From an uncultured bacterium (GTDB taxonomy: Bacteria > Bacteroidota > Ignavibacteria > Kapaibacteriales > UBA2268): 64,000 nt of DNA. The DNA lies in contig OW818676.1 of assembly GCA_942493235.1 (NCBI GenBank), positions 2,919,605-2,983,604 on the forward strand, given 5' to 3'. Shown piece after piece: positions 50,424 through 59,567 of the stretch. A program made the position numbers and the translations under genes. A model generated the notes under the pieces. That model had not been told where the DNA came from. It made no database searches and saw nothing but the letters and a program-made list of their open reading frames with translations. Every line of letters begins with the position of its first letter. Position 1 is the stretch's first letter.

Positions 50424-51479
50424 ATGAAAAATAAAATTATTCAGGCTATTTTTTACGAAAAATTAGATGGTAACAAGGTTCGTTGCAGCTTATGCAGTCA
50501 TTACTGCACTCTCGGCCCGGGCAGTAAAGGGATTTGTGAAGTCCGAATTAATGAAGGCGGTGAATTATTTTCATTAGTATGGGGTCGCCCGGAGTCCATC
50601 TGTGTTGACCCAATCGAGAAAAAACCACTATATCATTACAGACCGGGCTCTCAAGTGCTATCTTTCGGAACCAAAGGCTGTAATTTCATGTGCAGGAATT
50701 GCCAGAATTATTCTCTATCTCAGTCTCAAATCAGCAATGATTATATGAATTCCAGAGAATTAATTATGCCTGAATTTATCACCAAAATAGCACTTGACCA
50801 TTTTGCTCATGGGATAGCATATACATATTCTGAACCTACTGTGTTTTTTGAATATGCTTACGACATCATTAAATTTGCAAGAAATAATGCAGCAAGTGCT
50901 CATCTGTTTCATGTATTTGTATCCAACGGATTTTTTTCTAAAGAGCTACTTGAATTATTTGCTAATGATCACATAATTGATGCAATAAATATTGATTTGA
51001 AATTTACCGAAGCCGATAAATACAGGCAAATAACGGGCGGTAAGCTAAAGCCTGTAATTGATGCTATCAAATATTTACATGATAATACCTCTATCCATAT
51101 CGAAATTACAAATTTACTTATCCCTTGGGAAAATGATTCCGATGATGATTTGAAACGCCTCTCTGATTTAATTTCTGATATTTCCGTAAATATTCCTTTG
51201 CATTTTTCAAGATTTTACCCTATATTTAAGATGCTTGATAAAGGCAGAACTGAATTAGCCCGACTTTCTGAAGCAAAAAGAATAGCTGAAGCATCTGGTA
51301 TAAAATATGTTTATATTGGCAACACTAACATTAATGGTGCATCAGACACGCATTGCCCTAATTGTAAGAAAGTTTTAATCAAGCGAGTAAACTTTGACCC
51401 TGAAATTGTGTCAATTAATGCTGTTGATAATAAAGCTTATTGCAACAATTGCGGAACAGAAATTGAAATTATTTTATAA
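50424..51479 (+). CDS. amrS: AmmeMemoRadiSam system radical SAM enzyme
   Basis: C.LC.H.C N-terminus, DPIEKKPLYH..PG, GCNFMCRNCQN, AYTYSEP, SNG, HFSRFYP, YVYIGN, C-terminal CPNC. Confidence 0.88.
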   Translation: MKNKIIQAIFYEKLDGNKVRCSLCSHYCTLGPGSKGICEVRINEGGELFSLVWGRPESICVDPIEKKPLYHYRPGSQVLSFGTKGCNFMCRNCQNYSLSQSQISNDYMNSRELIMPEFITKIALDHFAHGIAYTYSEPTVFFEYAYDIIKFARNNAASAHLFHVFVSNGFFSKELLELFANDHIIDAINIDLKFTEADKYRQITGGKLKPVIDAIKYLHDNTSIHIEITNLLIPWENDSDDDLKRLSDLISDISVNIPLHFSRFYPIFKMLDKGRTELARLSEAKRIAEASGIKYVYIGNTNINGASDTHCPNCKKVLIKRVNFDPEIVSINAVDNKAYCNNCGTEIEIIL

Positions 51480-51484
51480 AATTT

Positions 51485-52423
51485 GTGAGCTTAATAATGA
51501 AATTAAAATCGATAATAATTCTATTTTTTGCATTATCAATTACTTGTTACGCAAAAAAAGCAGCTAAATCGGCTATTCCGGTAATCTTAGATAATAATTA
51601 TGTGCAATTATCTTTTTCCAAATCAACCGGTTCGGCATTTTATGACAACGACGGAGAGTTGCAAACTGCTGTTTATAAGCCATTTTCAACCGAACATGAT
51701 TCTACTTATACTTTTAATAGAGACTCTTATTTTTTCAAATTAGATATTTCACAGATGTATTCTCTTGATTCCAATAATGAAGTGGGTGCCGAATTCGGTA
51801 TTGCTTATGCAAAAAACCAATTGGAACAAAAATACAAAACTCAAAATGACACTATATCTTCAGTATTACTTATTAATGATAATAATTTATTTGAAAAGAT
51901 TGATTTCGGAATTAAATACAGGACTAAATTTAGCTCTTTCATTCTTGATGCCAAGACAAATTTCACTATACCGCTCTCAAAGTACAAAAATTCTATGGAC
52001 ACTACCGATTACAGTCTTATTACAAGTGGTTACAGTTCTATTACTCCCAGCCTAAGCTTGTATATGATTTCTCCCAAATATTACCTGATGCTTAACGGCT
52101 CGTACAGCTTTAATTCTGATGATATTAGCGACATGTATAAAATTGGTTTCGGTGCAGGTCTTCTTACTGTTGAAGATGCCGTACTCAACATACATTTAGA
52201 ATATGCTAACAGCAGTCAATCTATAAACGAACTCTATAGATTTAATCCTGCCAAGCTCCAAATGCAAGAGTCAAATTTTAGAGTCGGTGCAGGCTTTAGA
52301 ATCAAATTCATGAAAAATACTTCGGCAGGTATAAACTACGACATTCTCTTAACCGGAAAAAACACTCTAAATAATAATATTATGAATATATATCTAACTT
52401 ATAACCTGAATTTTCTAAAATAG
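51485..52423 (+). CDS. Hypothetical outer-membrane beta-barrel-like protein
   Basis: Signal peptide, alternating aromatic strands, C-terminal IYLTYNLNF. Confidence 0.55.
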   Translation: MSLIMKLKSIIILFFALSITCYAKKAAKSAIPVILDNNYVQLSFSKSTGSAFYDNDGELQTAVYKPFSTEHDSTYTFNRDSYFFKLDISQMYSLDSNNEVGAEFGIAYAKNQLEQKYKTQNDTISSVLLINDNNLFEKIDFGIKYRTKFSSFILDAKTNFTIPLSKYKNSMDTTDYSLITSGYSSITPSLSLYMISPKYYLMLNGSYSFNSDDISDMYKIGFGAGLLTVEDAVLNIHLEYANSSQSINELYRFNPAKLQMQESNFRVGAGFRIKFMKNTSAGINYDILLTGKNTLNNNIMNIYLTYNLNFLK

Positions 52424-52537
52424 CCTATTTATATTTAGCAGATTGAAAAAAAGACTTGAAAATCATCATTATTTATTGTAAATTATAATTTGTAAAAGTA
52501 ACAGCTAATTATTATAATATTTTTAAAGATAAATAAA

Positions 52538-54277
52538 ATGAGTACTCGAAAAAAAATCCTGTTTATGTTTTCATTTGCATTGATAATGTTTTTAATCTCG
52601 ATTGTGGCTAACCTTTATTTCTCGAAGCAAAGACACGAAAAAATTCAAATGAATGAAATATCCAGCAGAGAATACTCTGTAGATATATCGCTTCTTAAAA
52701 CAGGAGATTATCTTGATGGATTCGCCAAAGACTATTCCCTATGGGATGAATTGGTCAATTTTATTCAAGTTTACAATAAAGAATGGGCTGCAGATAATAT
52801 AAACACTTTATTAAATTCTTCTCGTATCCAATATGTTTGGATTTATAATGCAAATTCCGAACCAATTCACAGGCTGACAGCTAATAATCATTCTGTTATT
52901 CAGCACCCTATATCTTTAGGTGGTTCTAAGTTAGATTTATCTAAAGCCTTTATGAAAAACGGAAGATACACACATTTCTATATTAAAAATGATACGAACA
53001 TTATTGATATAGCCGGTGCTACTGTTCATAACACAAATGACCCTGATAGAAAGCAAGCTCCAAAGGGTTACTTCTTTATCGGTAAAGTAGTTGACAAATC
53101 AATGATAGACGAACTTCAGATTATTACAAATAGCAAAGTAATCATTTACAAAGATACAGTATCGGTATTTACTCCTCAGAAATTTCAAATGCTGATTAGC
53201 AAATCATTAAAAGACTGGACGGGCACTTCTGTGGCAAATCTTAGCTTTATTAGCGAAGATAATATAGGACGTGCCGAAGAAGAGTATTCATTAATTACAA
53301 TTGCTGTTTATATTGGCTTTACATTATTAATTATTTTATTTGCCTATTGGATGATAAACAAAATAATTACTAATCCCTTAAATAAAATAGTTGAAAGCTT
53401 AAACTCCGGCTCAGAACTGCCTATTAAAGAATTAGTCGAGAGCAATGATGAATTCGGTCAAATTGCTCGATTAATCAAAAATTCTTATGAGCAGAGAGAA
53501 CAAATAGAAACTCAATACGACCAAATAACTGATCAAAATAATCAATTGGAAGATTTAAATGCTACCAAAGATAAATTCTTCTCTATCATAGCACACGACT
53601 TGAGAAATCCGTTCGGAGTTATACTTGCTACTACTGAATTTATAGCCAATCCGAATTACGAATTAACTCGCGAAGAAATTGTTGATTTCTCTAAGGATAT
53701 TAATCACACTGCTAAGATGCTCTTTAATTTATTAGAAAACCTGCTTACTTGGGCACGTTCACAGAGAGGCACTATTCAGTTCGACCCTTCAGTATTGGAT
53801 ATTAAAGACCTTGCCGAGACTACTAAATTTGTTCTAGAATCGCAAGCTCAATCTAAAGAAATCATGTTAACAGTTGATATACCTGATGATTTAGAATGCG
53901 TTGGCGATAGAAACATGGTGCTGACAATCATCAGGAATTTGACATCTAACGCAATTAAATTTACAAATAATGGCGGAGAGATTAAGATTATCGGCAGAGA
54001 ATTAAATGACGAGATGATAGAAGTTGCAGTAATTGATAACGGAGTAGGTATTAGCCCTGAAAATCTAAATAAATTATTCCGTATCGATGTCAATGTAACT
54101 ACAGAAGGTACTTCTCAAGAGAAAGGTACCGGGCTGGGATTAATTCTCTGTAAAGAATTCGTTGAAAAGCACGGCGGCACAATCGGCGTAAAAAGTGTAC
54201 TTGGTAACGGTACCGAATTCTCGTTTACTTTGCCACGTAAAGAACTAAAAAAATATAAATTGGTTAGCCCAAAATAA
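52538..54277 (+). CDS. CHASE4-like sensor histidine kinase
   Basis: DYSLWDE..NF motif of CHASE4, second TM, KDKFFSIIAHDLRNPF, RNLTSNAIKFT, DNGVGIS, GTGLGL. Confidence 0.9.
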   Translation: MSTRKKILFMFSFALIMFLISIVANLYFSKQRHEKIQMNEISSREYSVDISLLKTGDYLDGFAKDYSLWDELVNFIQVYNKEWAADNINTLLNSSRIQYVWIYNANSEPIHRLTANNHSVIQHPISLGGSKLDLSKAFMKNGRYTHFYIKNDTNIIDIAGATVHNTNDPDRKQAPKGYFFIGKVVDKSMIDELQIITNSKVIIYKDTVSVFTPQKFQMLISKSLKDWTGTSVANLSFISEDNIGRAEEEYSLITIAVYIGFTLLIILFAYWMINKIITNPLNKIVESLNSGSELPIKELVESNDEFGQIARLIKNSYEQREQIETQYDQITDQNNQLEDLNATKDKFFSIIAHDLRNPFGVILATTEFIANPNYELTREEIVDFSKDINHTAKMLFNLLENLLTWARSQRGTIQFDPSVLDIKDLAETTKFVLESQAQSKEIMLTVDIPDDLECVGDRNMVLTIIRNLTSNAIKFTNNGGEIKIIGRELNDEMIEVAVIDNGVGISPENLNKLFRIDVNVTTEGTSQEKGTGLGLILCKEFVEKHGGTIGVKSVLGNGTEFSFTLPRKELKKYKLVSPK

Positions 54278-54378
54278 GTTCTAACTAATTGAATTCTTTA
54301 TTTACTTACTAACATAAATGAAGACCTTTGCTAAACTCAGAAAAATATGAGTTCGTGACGTTAAACATCTATGAATTA

Positions 54379-54479
54379 TCAAGGGGCTGTCTAAAAAGTA
54401 TAATATAGCCAAATTGTCATTCTGAATGTAACGAAGAATCCAGAATTATCAATATGACAAATTTTAGACAGACTCTTGA
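54379..54479. mobile_element. MITE/REP-like element, internally deleted copy
   Basis: Arms TCAAGGGGCTGTCTAAAA / TTTTAGACAGACTCTTGA (2 mismatches) around TTGTCATTCTGAATGTAACGAAGAATCCAGA..ATGACAA. Confidence 0.7.
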
Positions 54480-54543
54480 CATGTAAACAAAATTCGAGTA
54501 TAACAATAGTCTTAGCTTTACTATTATAGTCTCCAATTTACAT

Positions 54544-54583
54544 AAAAAAGCCTAACAAGTATAGTACCTATTAGGCTGATTTT
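54544..54583 (-). terminator. Probable typA terminator
   Basis: AGCCTAA...TTAGGCT stem with a plus-strand A-run (U-tract on minus). Confidence 0.55.
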
Positions 54584-54641
54584 ATTTAGTTTTCTATTAT
54601 GTCATAAGCTAATTAGAGCAAGCCAAAATAGGCTCATCTAT

Positions 54642-54661
54642 CCCGCGACTTTAGCCGCGGG
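54642..54661. repeat. Short palindrome CCCGCGACTTTAGCCGCGGG
   Basis: CCCGCG/CGCGGG arms around a TTTAG core, like the CCCCACGCT(A/G)AAGCGTGG type near 59035-59340. Confidence 0.55.
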
Positions 54662-54706
54662 TTGATGACAATAAACTAAATTTGAAGTAGTTTTATATAA
54701 TAATTA

Positions 54707-56530
54707 TTATAAAGCATTTTCTTCGCGAGCAGAAACTTTACGTGAATGCTGAGATAATAATTTCTTACGGATTCTAACGAAGTTAGGAGTAATCTCTACT
54801 AATTCATCATCTGAAATATATTCGATTGATTGGTCAAGAGATAATTTCTTAGCCGGACGAATAGTAACCGTAGCCTCGGAGTTAGAAGAACGCATGTTAG
54901 TTAATTTCTTTTCTTTAGTGATATTAACATTCATATCGCCCTGTTTATTTCTTTCACCTATAACCATACCCTCATATACATCAGTAACAGGGTCAATGAA
55001 AAGCTCTCCCCTATCTTCCATAGCAAGAGCAGCGTAACCGGTGGCTCTGCCCGGGCGGTCAGCAACTAATACGCCATTTTGTCTGTGAGGGATAACTCCT
55101 ACCCATGGCTCATACCCTTCAAAAAGCGTATTCATAATACCGGAACCTTTAGTATCAGTCAAGAATTGGCTACGGAAACCGATTAAACCGCGAGAAGGAA
55201 TCACAAACTCGATAGTGGCTCTGCCAAAACCGTTATTATTTAATTTTTCCATTCTAGCTTTGCGTTTCATCAGCTTCTCGGTAACTACGCCGATATATTC
55301 TTCAGGAATATCGAGAAATACTCTTTCAAATGGCTCATGAGTTTCTCCGTCAACTTTACGAGTAATTACATTAGGTTTTGAAACAGCAAGCTCAAAGCCC
55401 TCTCTACGCATAGTTTCAATCAGAACAGCCATCTGGAGCTCACCTCTGCCACATACTTCAAACGCATCAGCTCTTTCTAAAAATTTCAGCTTTAATGATA
55501 CGTTACCAAGCATTTCTTTTTCAAGACGAGCTTTTAAATGTCTCGAAGTTAAGAATTTACCGTCTTTACCGACAAACGGGCTGTCATTGATATAGAATAT
55601 CATAGACACTGTCGGTTCGTCAACATAGATTCTTGGCAATGCAACCGGATTCTCAAGAGAAGAAATAGTATCGCCGATAGTGATATTGGGTACACCTGCT
55701 ATTGCAATGATGTCTCCGGCTTCTACCGTATCAACCAATTTTTTCTTTAATCCATCAAATGAGTACAGAGCAGAGAACTTAATTCCGTTTGTAATTTTAT
55801 CCTCACCGCACAGAGAATATTGAGTATTCATTGACAAGGTGCCGGTAGATAGTCTTCCTACAGCAATCTGACCAACATAAGAGTCATAATCTAGATTAGT
55901 AATCAGGAATTGAGGGTCAGCATCTTCTTCGACTTCAGGACCGGGAATCTCGGTAAGTATAGTATCAAATAAAGGTACTAAATCAGTAGAATCATCTTCT
56001 AAAACAAGATGAGCAATACCGGCTTTAGCATTAGTAAATAATATTTTGAATTCTATTTGTTCGTCATTTGCATCAAGATCAATAAATAAGTCATATACTT
56101 CATTGATTACTTCTTGAATTCTGGCATCACTTCTATCAATTTTATTTATAACTAAAATAATAGGAAGGTTGCTTGCTAAAGCTTTCTTAACTACGAAACG
56201 TGTTTGAGGTAGCGGTCCTTCACTTGCATCAACCAATAAAATAGCACCATCTACCAGATTAAGCCCACGCTCAACCTCTCCTCCGAAATCGGCGTGACCG
56301 GGAGTGTCAATAATATTGATTTTGGTACCATGATACCATACAGCCGTATTTTTGGCTAATATGGTTATGCCTCTCTCTTTCTCAAGATCCAAAGAGTCCA
56401 TTACTCTGTCTTCAATTTGCTGATTCTCTCTAAATGTCCCGCTTTGCTTGAGCATTGCATCAACTAATGTAGTTTTCCCGTGGTCAACGTGTGCAATTAT
56501 TGCTATGTTTCTAATCGTTTGTTTTCTCAT
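54707..56530 (-). CDS. typA: Translational GTPase TypA/BipA
   Basis: RNIAIIAHVDHGKTTLVD, ERGITILAKN, DTPGHADFGGEVER, NKID, V.GRGEL, SRGLIG, ELVEITP. Confidence 0.97.
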   Translation of the reverse strand: MRKQTIRNIAIIAHVDHGKTTLVDAMLKQSGTFRENQQIEDRVMDSLDLEKERGITILAKNTAVWYHGTKINIIDTPGHADFGGEVERGLNLVDGAILLVDASEGPLPQTRFVVKKALASNLPIILVINKIDRSDARIQEVINEVYDLFIDLDANDEQIEFKILFTNAKAGIAHLVLEDDSTDLVPLFDTILTEIPGPEVEEDADPQFLITNLDYDSYVGQIAVGRLSTGTLSMNTQYSLCGEDKITNGIKFSALYSFDGLKKKLVDTVEAGDIIAIAGVPNITIGDTISSLENPVALPRIYVDEPTVSMIFYINDSPFVGKDGKFLTSRHLKARLEKEMLGNVSLKLKFLERADAFEVCGRGELQMAVLIETMRREGFELAVSKPNVITRKVDGETHEPFERVFLDIPEEYIGVVTEKLMKRKARMEKLNNNGFGRATIEFVIPSRGLIGFRSQFLTDTKGSGIMNTLFEGYEPWVGVIPHRQNGVLVADRPGRATGYAALAMEDRGELFIDPVTDVYEGMVIGERNKQGDMNVNITKEKKLTNMRSSNSEATVTIRPAKKLSLDQSIEYISDDELVEITPNFVRIRKKLLSQHSRKVSAREENAL

Positions 56531-56751
56531 ATATCCAATATATCTTTATAAATAAAAAAGAATACTAAATTACGGAATTTTTCTGATATAATAAACTTTT
56601 AGGAACAGATATTGATAGAAACCTGAAAATAAATTCTAATCGCCATTTATTTATTATTTAATTATAAGTGTTTTAAAACCTATGAGTAACGATTATCACT
56701 ATGCTTGAGTACCAAATAAGATAGCCGATTAATGACTAAGCTTTTAGCTGA

Positions 56752-56784
56752 ATTAATCTGATTACTTCAAGTAATCAGATTAAT
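56752..56784. repeat. Perfect 15-bp inverted repeat with 3-nt loop
   Basis: ATTAATCTGATTACT-TCA-AGTAATCAGATTAAT between the nitroreductase gene end and the typA promoter region. Confidence 0.75.
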
Positions 56785-56832
56785 AGCAGCACACAAATTT
56801 ATACGGTAACTCGATTTGTAAAGATATTAAAA

Positions 56833-57486
56833 CTATTTTTTCGGATAGCCGACCGGAAGATTTAATAGCAATTTCTGAGATGGCTTCAATTTTAATATCT
56901 CGTTTAATTTTACTATGTCCATTGATGCCCGTACGCGGGTAAATAGTCCGGTAGCACTACAGAATAGACTTATATTTTGCGATACTATCCCTGCATCAAT
57001 TGCCGCTAATTCCATTTTACGATATTCGTCTTTAACCGGAAATTTTGTCATATCAGAAATCAATAATATAATCACCGGAGCATCAAGAGCCCACAATTGC
57101 TTATCGGCAACTACATTGCGATAATCGCCTTTTACTAAAGGGCTGAGAATATTTTCTTTTGGATTATAAAGATAAATACCGTCTTTAGTACATATATAGA
57201 CATCAATATCCTGTGCATTTAAGGCAGAGGGTGCTGTTCGCTTGCCACTTTCGGCACGATTAATCCCATTTGCCGCCCAGATTAAATCAGACAAATCCTG
57301 TAAATTGAGCATAGTAGAATCATATTCCTGATGGCTGGCTCTACTCTCTAATGCGGTCATAATATTTGTACCTTTAGCCGGAGAGTGTGATTTAAGAATA
57401 ATCGGCTTCAAATCTTGAGCATTAATATTAATTACTAAAAATATTGCTAAAAATATCATACAAAATGTGATAAATATATTTTTCAT
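56833..57486 (-). CDS. Exported nitroreductase-family (SagB/ThcOx-like) protein
   Basis: Signal peptide; AL..RAS, LSDLIWAANG.NR..GKRTAPSA.N.Q, DAG.VSQNI.L. Confidence 0.88.
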   Translation of the reverse strand: MKNIFITFCMIFLAIFLVININAQDLKPIILKSHSPAKGTNIMTALESRASHQEYDSTMLNLQDLSDLIWAANGINRAESGKRTAPSALNAQDIDVYICTKDGIYLYNPKENILSPLVKGDYRNVVADKQLWALDAPVIILLISDMTKFPVKDEYRKMELAAIDAGIVSQNISLFCSATGLFTRVRASMDIVKLNEILKLKPSQKLLLNLPVGYPKK

Positions 57487-57523
57487 TTTGTTCTCTCTTT
57501 AAAATGTTTATTATTATATGATT

Positions 57524-58828
57524 TCAACGTGCATTAATAGTATTAACAATTTTTTCAAAGAGTCCATCATATTTCCATAGCATAGTTTCCGGAAATTCAA
57601 AGTGTACATTGATTAATACATTATCAGAAGCAAGACCATAATCGAAATAAATAATTTGTTTTTCTTTGACTGTACGGGTAATTATTGATTTATTATAAAT
57701 TGTTGACCACTTTTCTCCCCAAGGCTTTGTCTTATTGAAAACCGGTTGAACTTTATGAAAACCCTCAAAATCCTTAGTTGATATTCCCTTCCAATATTCA
57801 ATCAGTGCATTAGGATCAGATATCTTTAGCAATGAATCAGTTGGAGTAATTATCTCTATAAATCCGCCAATTGAATAGAAATCAGTCGGCGTTTTCATTT
57901 CTTCAACAGTAAAGAAATATGTGCGAGCAAGTGCATCTTGAGAATACAAAATATTAAATTTGTCAGGAATTTGCATGCCGAAGCTACTATCGGGATAAAA
58001 GACATATTTCGAGCTGTTCAGATTAATGCCGTCATCAGTTGCTGCTATAATTTGCTTATTGATTTCAGAAAGAAACTTTCGGTCAATCTCTGAAGAATCC
58101 AATTTGTCGATACTCTGATATGCCATGGCTCTGTTGCCGATAGCTTCATAGTTGTTAGAGTCCAATTTGAAAGCCTTAGTATAGTCATCTATGGCTGCCT
58201 GATAATTATTTAGTCTATAATTCGTATTTCCTCTTTTGAAATAAATATCGGACTCTTTAATCCCATAATCAATAGTTTTAGTATAATATTCCAATGCTTT
58301 ATCATACTGTTTATCTTTATATTCAATTTTTGCAAGATGCAAGTATAGAGAAGGATTCTTTGGCTGAAGAATTCGTGCTTTCTCCAAATCATTTTTTGCT
58401 AATATATCATTAGAAACTGATATATTTACCATTGCTCTATTAATATATGCTTGTGCCAAATTTGAATCTAATGCAATTGCACGATTAAAATCATTAAAAG
58501 AATTTAAGATACTATCAGTATAGCTTTTAGCTAAACCCCGATTGTTATACGCATCGGGATTTAGAGAATCTATCAATATATATTTATCAAAATCTGCTAT
58601 GGCACTATCGAATTCGTTTATAAATAGATAGTCCAATCCTCTAAAATACAAGGCTTCTCGATTACTCGAATCTTTATTAATAACTTTTGTATATAGGTTT
58701 ATTGCATTCTCATACTTTCGGCTATCATCAGCTTTGCGAGCTTTTTTAAGCAAATCTTTGATTGATTCGGCAAATCCGATACTGACTCCTAATATCAAAA
58801 ACAAAGCTAAACAAATTATTTTCTTCAT
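57524..58828 (-). CDS. Secreted TPR-repeat protein
   Basis: Start reassigned to MKKIICLALFLILG (58828); repeats ALYFRG, AYNNRG, AYINRA, YFKRG, AIGNRA. Confidence 0.88.
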   Translation of the reverse strand: MKKIICLALFLILGVSIGFAESIKDLLKKARKADDSRKYENAINLYTKVINKDSSNREALYFRGLDYLFINEFDSAIADFDKYILIDSLNPDAYNNRGLAKSYTDSILNSFNDFNRAIALDSNLAQAYINRAMVNISVSNDILAKNDLEKARILQPKNPSLYLHLAKIEYKDKQYDKALEYYTKTIDYGIKESDIYFKRGNTNYRLNNYQAAIDDYTKAFKLDSNNYEAIGNRAMAYQSIDKLDSSEIDRKFLSEINKQIIAATDDGINLNSSKYVFYPDSSFGMQIPDKFNILYSQDALARTYFFTVEEMKTPTDFYSIGGFIEIITPTDSLLKISDPNALIEYWKGISTKDFEGFHKVQPVFNKTKPWGEKWSTIYNKSIITRTVKEKQIIYFDYGLASDNVLINVHFEFPETMLWKYDGLFEKIVNTINAR

Positions 58829-59044
58829 AAACCCTCTATTTATACTATAATATTTACAATACTTAAAAATATAATACAAATTAATAAATTTGCTTAATAA
58901 ATGCAACAAATAAAAAATCAATTTCTCGTTATTTTGTTTGAATAAGTAAATTTTAAAATGTAAACCCATCATCTGTTGAGACTGTGTAAAAACCATCAAA
59001 TGAGAACAAATATTATTGCCCGTTCCATTCAACCCCACCCTTCA

Positions 59045-59298
59045 GAGGCTGTGTAAAAACCTTTTATTACTACAGTATTTTCAACAATAACAAAGTACTC
59101 AAAGTCTCTGGTGAGGTTGTCTAAAAAGTAAAAACATTTCAAAATCGTCATTCTGAGTGTAACGAAGAATCCAGAGTTATCAACAAGTTAGCATTATCTG
59201 GATTCTTCACTTCGTTCAGAATGACAATTTTTTAGTCAGTCACTTGAATGGTGCTGGGAATAATATTTGCCGTCTTGTGGCAGTTTTTACACAGCCTC
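59045..59298. mobile_element. Non-autonomous TIR element (MITE) carrying a nested second element
   Basis: Perfect TIRs GAGGCTGTGTAAAAAC / GTTTTTACACAGCCTC; flanks TTCA and TTTA (4 bp, one mismatch); inner element 59113-59243. Confidence 0.8.
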
Positions 59299-59385
59299 TT
59301 TAGCGTGGAAAATGGCACTAATTACTTGTATCCCCACGCTGAAGAGGCTGTATAAATACTAGAATTAATTTTTTCTACTCTAATG

Positions 59386-59411
59386 CAACCTGACGGTTAA
59401 CCGTCAGGTTG
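59386..59411. repeat. Perfect 26-bp palindrome
   Basis: CAACCTGACGGTTAACCGTCAGGTTG equals its own reverse complement. Confidence 0.8.
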
Positions 59412-59567
59412 ATATATACTTAATAGCTGTTGCTAAAATCTGCACTCCTCAATTTAACCCCAAACCCCTTTTTATCCACACAAATTAGAAGAGAAACCAA
59501 ATTTTTATTACTTTAATCGTAAAAATATTTATTATATTAGTAATTGAAAAAAATAGCAAGAGGAGTT

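Noticed and set aside
1053-58392. Short antisense or alternate-frame ORFs in the track (e.g. 1053, 3368, 9117, 9140, 15503, 34737, 43196, 46708, 47717)
   Set aside because: They lie within well-supported genes on the other strand or frame, have no recognisable motifs, and look like codon-bias shadows.
58902-58930. Third TGCAAC..CGTT promoter
   Set aside because: Spacer is 19 nt rather than 17 and it points away from the nearest start codon.
57524-59038. ORF-track start at 59038 for the TPR protein
   Set aside because: The extra 70 codons run through AT-rich intergenic DNA and a TIR-like end; the signal peptide starts at 58828. Similar over-extensions were trimmed for accB, uvrC, the GH13 gene, M56 paralog 1, blaI, serS and hpnE.
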